Below are positions 59,724 through 64,000 of a stretch of DNA of 64,000 bases, in pieces. Where the stretch lies: positions 1 to 64,000 of IMG/VR virus record IMGVR_UViG_3300032117_000015, one strand, 5' to 3'. The position numbers were made by a program, and so were the translations under genes. Below the pieces are notes generated by a model that did not search any database, was not told the DNA's origin, and saw only the letters and a program-made list of their open reading frames with translations. The DNA comes from a virus. How positions within the stretch are numbered: the stretch's first letter is position 1; each line of letters starts with the position of its first letter.

Positions 59724-60173
59724 TTAAACAGTTACTTGCGACGATGTTAAACCGTTGTTTTGATCAAATTGCAACTGTATTTTTTCGCTTAGATTGTAGA
59801 TAGTATAACTCAAAGTAAACTGTACTTGAAGACCAGTATCATACTGTGAAACTATTACATTACTAGCTTGTACTCTTGGGTCTGCGTTAAGAATAGCATT
59901 GATATTTTGCAATAACAACCCTTTAACATCTTCTGTTAATGGTTCAAATAACAAGTCCCAAATAACACAACCATACGTAGGATTCATTAATCGCTCGCCT
60001 TGACGCACGTAGAAACTGTTTAGCAAATCCTGTTTAATTAATTCAAAGTCGTATAGAGCAAAATTTTTACTATTTTTATTAAGAGTACTAAACCCCCTGT
60101 ACATCTGAGGGCCAGTAATGTCTGGGTTTTGACTAGCAGGAATTGTTATTTTTGTATGTAAACTTGTAGACAT
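59724..60173 (-). CDS. Baseplate wedge protein (gp25-like)
   Basis: IKQDLLN...GERLMNPTYGC.IWDLLFEP...DPRV. Confidence 0.9.
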   Translation of the reverse strand: MSTSLHTKITIPASQNPDITGPQMYRGFSTLNKNSKNFALYDFELIKQDLLNSFYVRQGERLMNPTYGCVIWDLLFEPLTEDVKGLLLQNINAILNADPRVQASNVIVSQYDTGLQVQFTLSYTIYNLSEKIQLQFDQNNGLTSSQVTV

Positions 60174-60184
60174 TATTGTCCCCT

Positions 60185-61810
60185 TTATTGGTTAGTATCC
60201 GATTGTACAGGTATGTAATCAAATACATCTGTTGCAGTTGTATATTTGTTATAAAACTCAGGAGCTAAAGCACTTCCATTACTAAACTTAATTGGAGTTG
60301 AATTTTCTCTATCAGTTTTGTCTGGTGTCATTGTTAATGGGTCTAAATTTTCATGTTGTGGCCAAGGCTCGTGTGCTGGAATCCGTTTCATTATACTGGT
60401 TAGTGTACTACCATTTGCATCGTAAATATTACTAAAAGTTGTCAATGCTACTGGTTTTGTAGTAAGTGCTTTTGGTGCAACAGGGCCGTTTTCTCCAATA
60501 GTATTTGCGGTTAATAAAATGTTATTAGTGCTGTTTATGTTTGTATCAACTGCACTAGTTAAATTAATAGATCCTGTTGTCGTTACATTGAAATCGTTCA
60601 ATACGTTAATATAATCCCCAACGACAGATACTTTGTAATTTTTTCCTACAATAACATTACGATCCCCAGCACTTTCAACTTGGATTCTTCCCGTAACACT
60701 TCCAGTTGTATTTGTTCCAGATGCTTTTACATTAATATTACGACCAGCTTCCATATTAATATCACGGTCAGCATAAAAATTCATATCTTGTTTAGTATGA
60801 ATACTAATACTGTCTTGTGCAAATATATCAATTTTACCGTTGCTTGATAATTCAATCCAAGAAGTTCCGCTAGCATTTCCAATATAAATTAAATCTTCGC
60901 TATTGTGCAATAAAATTTGATGCCCGGTACGAGTTCTAATACGAACAAGTTCATTATGCGGAATTGTTGGATCACCGTCGGTTTCTCCTCCAGACACAGA
61001 TGCATACTTAGGAGGACCTGCATTGGCTTTTTTAACTCTTCTGAATTGAGAGCTTCCGTCATCCATTACAAAAGTGCTTCCACCTAATCTACTCGACGGT
61101 ACATTGATAGATGCTCCGGATGTGCCAGACGTAGGACCGTATGGGCCTTTAGGTGCATCAGGACGTCTGTCTACTGGCCCAGGAGTACTAATACCATATA
61201 CATTACTAGGAAGTTCTCGTGCAGAACTACTTGAAGTAATTCCTCGAATATCGTCAATGTTTAAACCTTGATCGGTTAATGTTTTTGCTAATAGACTTGT
61301 AGGTTTGTTTACTTTAACAAAACTCTTATTGCCATCGTTGTCAGTACCAGCAACTACTTTGTTCACTTCTGCAACAGGAACACGCAAAAGTTGTCCTGCT
61401 GTATTCGTTCCACCGTCAACATTAAATTGTGTAGCGGCCATACCTGGAACTGCAAATCCAATATCATCGTCAGACACACATCCTAGCCAGTACGCACGAC
61501 CTGTTTCACCTCCAACAAATATTACTAATACTTGTGTGTCAATATCGGGTGGAACAAACCACATACCATAACTTTTTTGTGTACCATCGTAGTCATTATT
61601 TGAACTTCTATATCTAGCCGCTGTTTGTCCAGCAAATGGCGATAGCATATACGCATTAAAAATATTACCCTCAGTCTGAGGGCTTCCAGCTTTTTTCAAG
61701 AGCTGTACTGCTAATGTACCGTTTTTATCTATATGTCGAACTACTTTTGCCAAACGTGGCACTTCCGGTGTTAGCGGAGTCGACATTGATGTTGCTTTTA
61801 TATTTGCCAT
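60185..61810 (-). CDS. Baseplate central spike (gp5/VgrG-like, no lysozyme domain seen)
   Basis: OB-fold GMWFVPPD...VLVIF...YWLG; RTRTGHQI; GTSWIELSSNGKIDI beta-helix repeats. Confidence 0.8.
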   Translation of the reverse strand: MANIKATSMSTPLTPEVPRLAKVVRHIDKNGTLAVQLLKKAGSPQTEGNIFNAYMLSPFAGQTAARYRSSNNDYDGTQKSYGMWFVPPDIDTQVLVIFVGGETGRAYWLGCVSDDDIGFAVPGMAATQFNVDGGTNTAGQLLRVPVAEVNKVVAGTDNDGNKSFVKVNKPTSLLAKTLTDQGLNIDDIRGITSSSSARELPSNVYGISTPGPVDRRPDAPKGPYGPTSGTSGASINVPSSRLGGSTFVMDDGSSQFRRVKKANAGPPKYASVSGGETDGDPTIPHNELVRIRTRTGHQILLHNSEDLIYIGNASGTSWIELSSNGKIDIFAQDSISIHTKQDMNFYADRDINMEAGRNINVKASGTNTTGSVTGRIQVESAGDRNVIVGKNYKVSVVGDYINVLNDFNVTTTGSINLTSAVDTNINSTNNILLTANTIGENGPVAPKALTTKPVALTTFSNIYDANGSTLTSIMKRIPAHEPWPQHENLDPLTMTPDKTDRENSTPIKFSNGSALAPEFYNKYTTATDVFDYIPVQSDTNQ

Positions 61811-61825
61811 TATCTATTAAACCTG

Positions 61826-63982
61826 TTAACTCTTAGGTGCTAAGTTAGAAGAAAGTCCTTTCTTCGGCTGGACTCCTGACGAATTTGAGTTTGGATTATC
61901 TTGGTTCGGTCTTCTGTATGCTTGTAATTCTTGTGTGAATTGTCCGTCTTTAAAAATACTCTTAACTGTTGTTAACTTATATAATCCAGAAAATTCATAA
62001 GAAGTTTTAGCATGTAAAGTATACAAGCCAGTTGCTTGATTAATATCTACTGGTGTTTGAAAGTGAATTAAAAAATCAACTTCGCTTTGTTGATAATCCA
62101 TGTCACCGTCTGCTGTTATGTTGTGTTGGTCAGTTAAGACTGCTTGATAATTTCCCATACCGCTATTGGCAATATAATAAGGGTCTCCAGCAATTTTTAT
62201 ATGTCCGTTAATCATATCGTAGTTTTCGTGAAACGCTCTATGCATCATTTCTACTGCTCGAGTCTGTGCAACTATTCCAGGTGTTGGAGTAATTCCGTCA
62301 AATGAATTTTGCCAGTGCATATATTTCATTGTTTGAGATGTAGCTGGAGATAAATTTGATGCTTTATCACCATCAGTTGGTGCGCTAATTGTAGGCTTGC
62401 CGGCATCTTTAGTGCTTGCAATTTTAGACTGTTGATTTCTTAATAACTCGTCTTGGGTAAATGCCGCCATATCAGGCGCCATAAGACTAAGGAATGTATT
62501 TTTTATTTCAATATTAAAATCAATAACTTCGCTATTAAGACCGGTATAGATATAATTGTACACCTTAGCTACTTGTTTACTCAAGGCTTTATATCCAGGC
62601 GCGGCGGCATTAACTGCTGTCATTTTATCATCGTGCGCTTTATAAGGCAAAATTCGATAAACTACAATTCTAGGTTTAGTACCAGTTTTTGTATCGTTAG
62701 CAGTAGTTGGTATATGATATACTTGCATATCAACACGCCACCAAGGTCTAAAACCTTCATCGTTAACTGCTTGATCATCTAATGCTTTAACACCATAATT
62801 ACTCATTACAATAACTTTGTTAATGATGTCCATAACTTTGGTAGTTTGGCTAAATTGCATTTTAACAAAAGCAGGGTTAAGATTCTCTTGTTGAATTGGA
62901 TTCCAATCGTCATTTTTTTCACTCCAGACTTTTGCAATATTTTGTGGAACTTTATGGCCCTGACGACCTGGACCAAAGCCTAGTTTTGCTGTGCCGATAT
63001 CATTCAATGTACTAGGATCTTGCTGTGCAATGACCACATCTGCTGTTGCACCTGTTGCTTTTTGTAACCCTAATGTTTTAAGAAATGCCGCATCATCTGC
63101 CGATGGTGTGACTTTAGATGCCTTGGCAAATAATCCAGGAGTAGAATTTGATAAATCTTTTATTTTAGGAAATGTTATAAAAACTTGTTCTGATACTGAA
63201 ACTTTTCCTGTTTTCTTTTGTTCTGCATAATATCTATTTAAAACTGCCTGCAAACCATTTTCTCCAGTTTGTAAAATTTCCTGGATAGTCGATCCTTCTA
63301 TAGTAGTATCTTCTTTAGTTTGCATATAAACATCTGTTGCGGCTTCATAGTTAGCAACATAGCCTTTGCATTTATATGTGGCTCCTCCTGCATTTACTTT
63401 TGCATTTATACTTGTAAATCTAAAAGGAATAAATCTTGCAGTATTTGGAATATTTTGTATTGCCCCAGTTTCAGTGTTTCCCCTAAACTGTATTACTAAC
63501 AAATATACTGCATCATTGTAGTTTGCATAATTTGCTTGTCCGGCCGCGGCAGTTAACACACTTACAAAAGCCATCATACTGTATGGTTCAACTACTGTAA
63601 ATTCTAATGTTAAATTAGATGTGTTACCTATTTTTGGATTGAATGCGTAAGCACCGTTTAATACAAGATCGTTTATATAAAACTCGTACGAAGTTCCAGT
63701 GTCTGTAGATTTAAATCTATAATCAGGATTACTACCAGCACTTTTACAAATAATAGGAGGTAAGTCGCCTGTCATATAAGTTGCAGAAGGAGAATTATAG
63801 CTTGCTGTGTCTAAACAATGTAAACTAAAAGAATAATTATAACTGGCAAACCCACTTAACACATTTGGTTGCGGAAGTGTTTGAGATCCAGGAACGCCCG
63901 AAGATGCATCGCTTGTGATAGTTTTAGCCGATGCTCCAGAATTAATATCTTGCGTTGCGCCTGCTTGATTTTGATCTGCCAT
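61826..63982 (-). CDS. Probable baseplate hub / tail-associated protein (gp27-like)
   Basis: Located upstream of the spike; IAGDPYY and FSGLYKLTTVKSIFKDGQFTQEL C-terminal hub-like motifs. Confidence 0.6.
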   Translation of the reverse strand: MADQNQAGATQDINSGASAKTITSDASSGVPGSQTLPQPNVLSGFASYNYSFSLHCLDTASYNSPSATYMTGDLPPIICKSAGSNPDYRFKSTDTGTSYEFYINDLVLNGAYAFNPKIGNTSNLTLEFTVVEPYSMMAFVSVLTAAAGQANYANYNDAVYLLVIQFRGNTETGAIQNIPNTARFIPFRFTSINAKVNAGGATYKCKGYVANYEAATDVYMQTKEDTTIEGSTIQEILQTGENGLQAVLNRYYAEQKKTGKVSVSEQVFITFPKIKDLSNSTPGLFAKASKVTPSADDAAFLKTLGLQKATGATADVVIAQQDPSTLNDIGTAKLGFGPGRQGHKVPQNIAKVWSEKNDDWNPIQQENLNPAFVKMQFSQTTKVMDIINKVIVMSNYGVKALDDQAVNDEGFRPWWRVDMQVYHIPTTANDTKTGTKPRIVVYRILPYKAHDDKMTAVNAAAPGYKALSKQVAKVYNYIYTGLNSEVIDFNIEIKNTFLSLMAPDMAAFTQDELLRNQQSKIASTKDAGKPTISAPTDGDKASNLSPATSQTMKYMHWQNSFDGITPTPGIVAQTRAVEMMHRAFHENYDMINGHIKIAGDPYYIANSGMGNYQAVLTDQHNITADGDMDYQQSEVDFLIHFQTPVDINQATGLYTLHAKTSYEFSGLYKLTTVKSIFKDGQFTQELQAYRRPNQDNPNSNSSGVQPKKGLSSNLAPKS

Positions 63983-64000
63983 ATTAAATTCCTAACACTC

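Noticed and set aside
60185-61810. T4 gp5-type tail lysozyme domain or a bacterial T6SS locus
   Set aside because: No lysozyme motif was recognised, and the surrounding genes (phage polymerase, RNase H, late promoters) indicate a phage baseplate.
701-63230. Many 60-140 aa ORFs in the track that are antisense or out of frame to long genes
   Set aside because: They are fully nested in well-supported CDSs, lack an RBS or motifs, and are best explained as shadow ORFs.
1-64000. Stop-codon reassignment, tRNA or rRNA genes
   Set aside because: Genes tile densely under the standard code, with TAA, TAG and TGA all used as stops. Intergenic gaps are short and I saw no cloverleaf by eye, although a tRNA scan was not run.

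Overview
This 64 kb window is a gene-dense, AT-rich segment of a large myovirus-type (T4-like/jumbo) phage genome. It has two convergent arms that meet at about 29.3 kb. The + arm (1-29.3 kb) starts with two probable protease-processed internal head proteins and two 2OG-Fe(II) oxygenases. These are followed by a family B DNA polymerase, a truncated UDP-sugar dehydrogenase and a probable sliding clamp. Next is a long 7-deazaguanine DNA-modification region: a TGT-like DpdA, a DpdL-type QueD-like protein, FolE and QueE, interleaved with two sugar-type oxidoreductases, a GT-B glycosyltransferase, a cupin and a phosphoribosyltransferase. The arm ends with RNase H, a MoxR AAA+/VWA-metallopeptidase pair and ThyX. 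The - arm (29.3-64 kb) encodes baseplate hub, spike, gp25 and gp6 homologues, a 4945-aa structural protein, four Ser/Thr/Gly-rich tail-fibre-like proteins and an operon with two paralogous pairs of GT-A glycosyltransferases. The best candidate for an undescribed system is a sugar-decorated 7-deazaguanine DNA hypermodification pathway (about 7.4-19.8 kb). All functional calls come from motifs read by eye; no database search was run.
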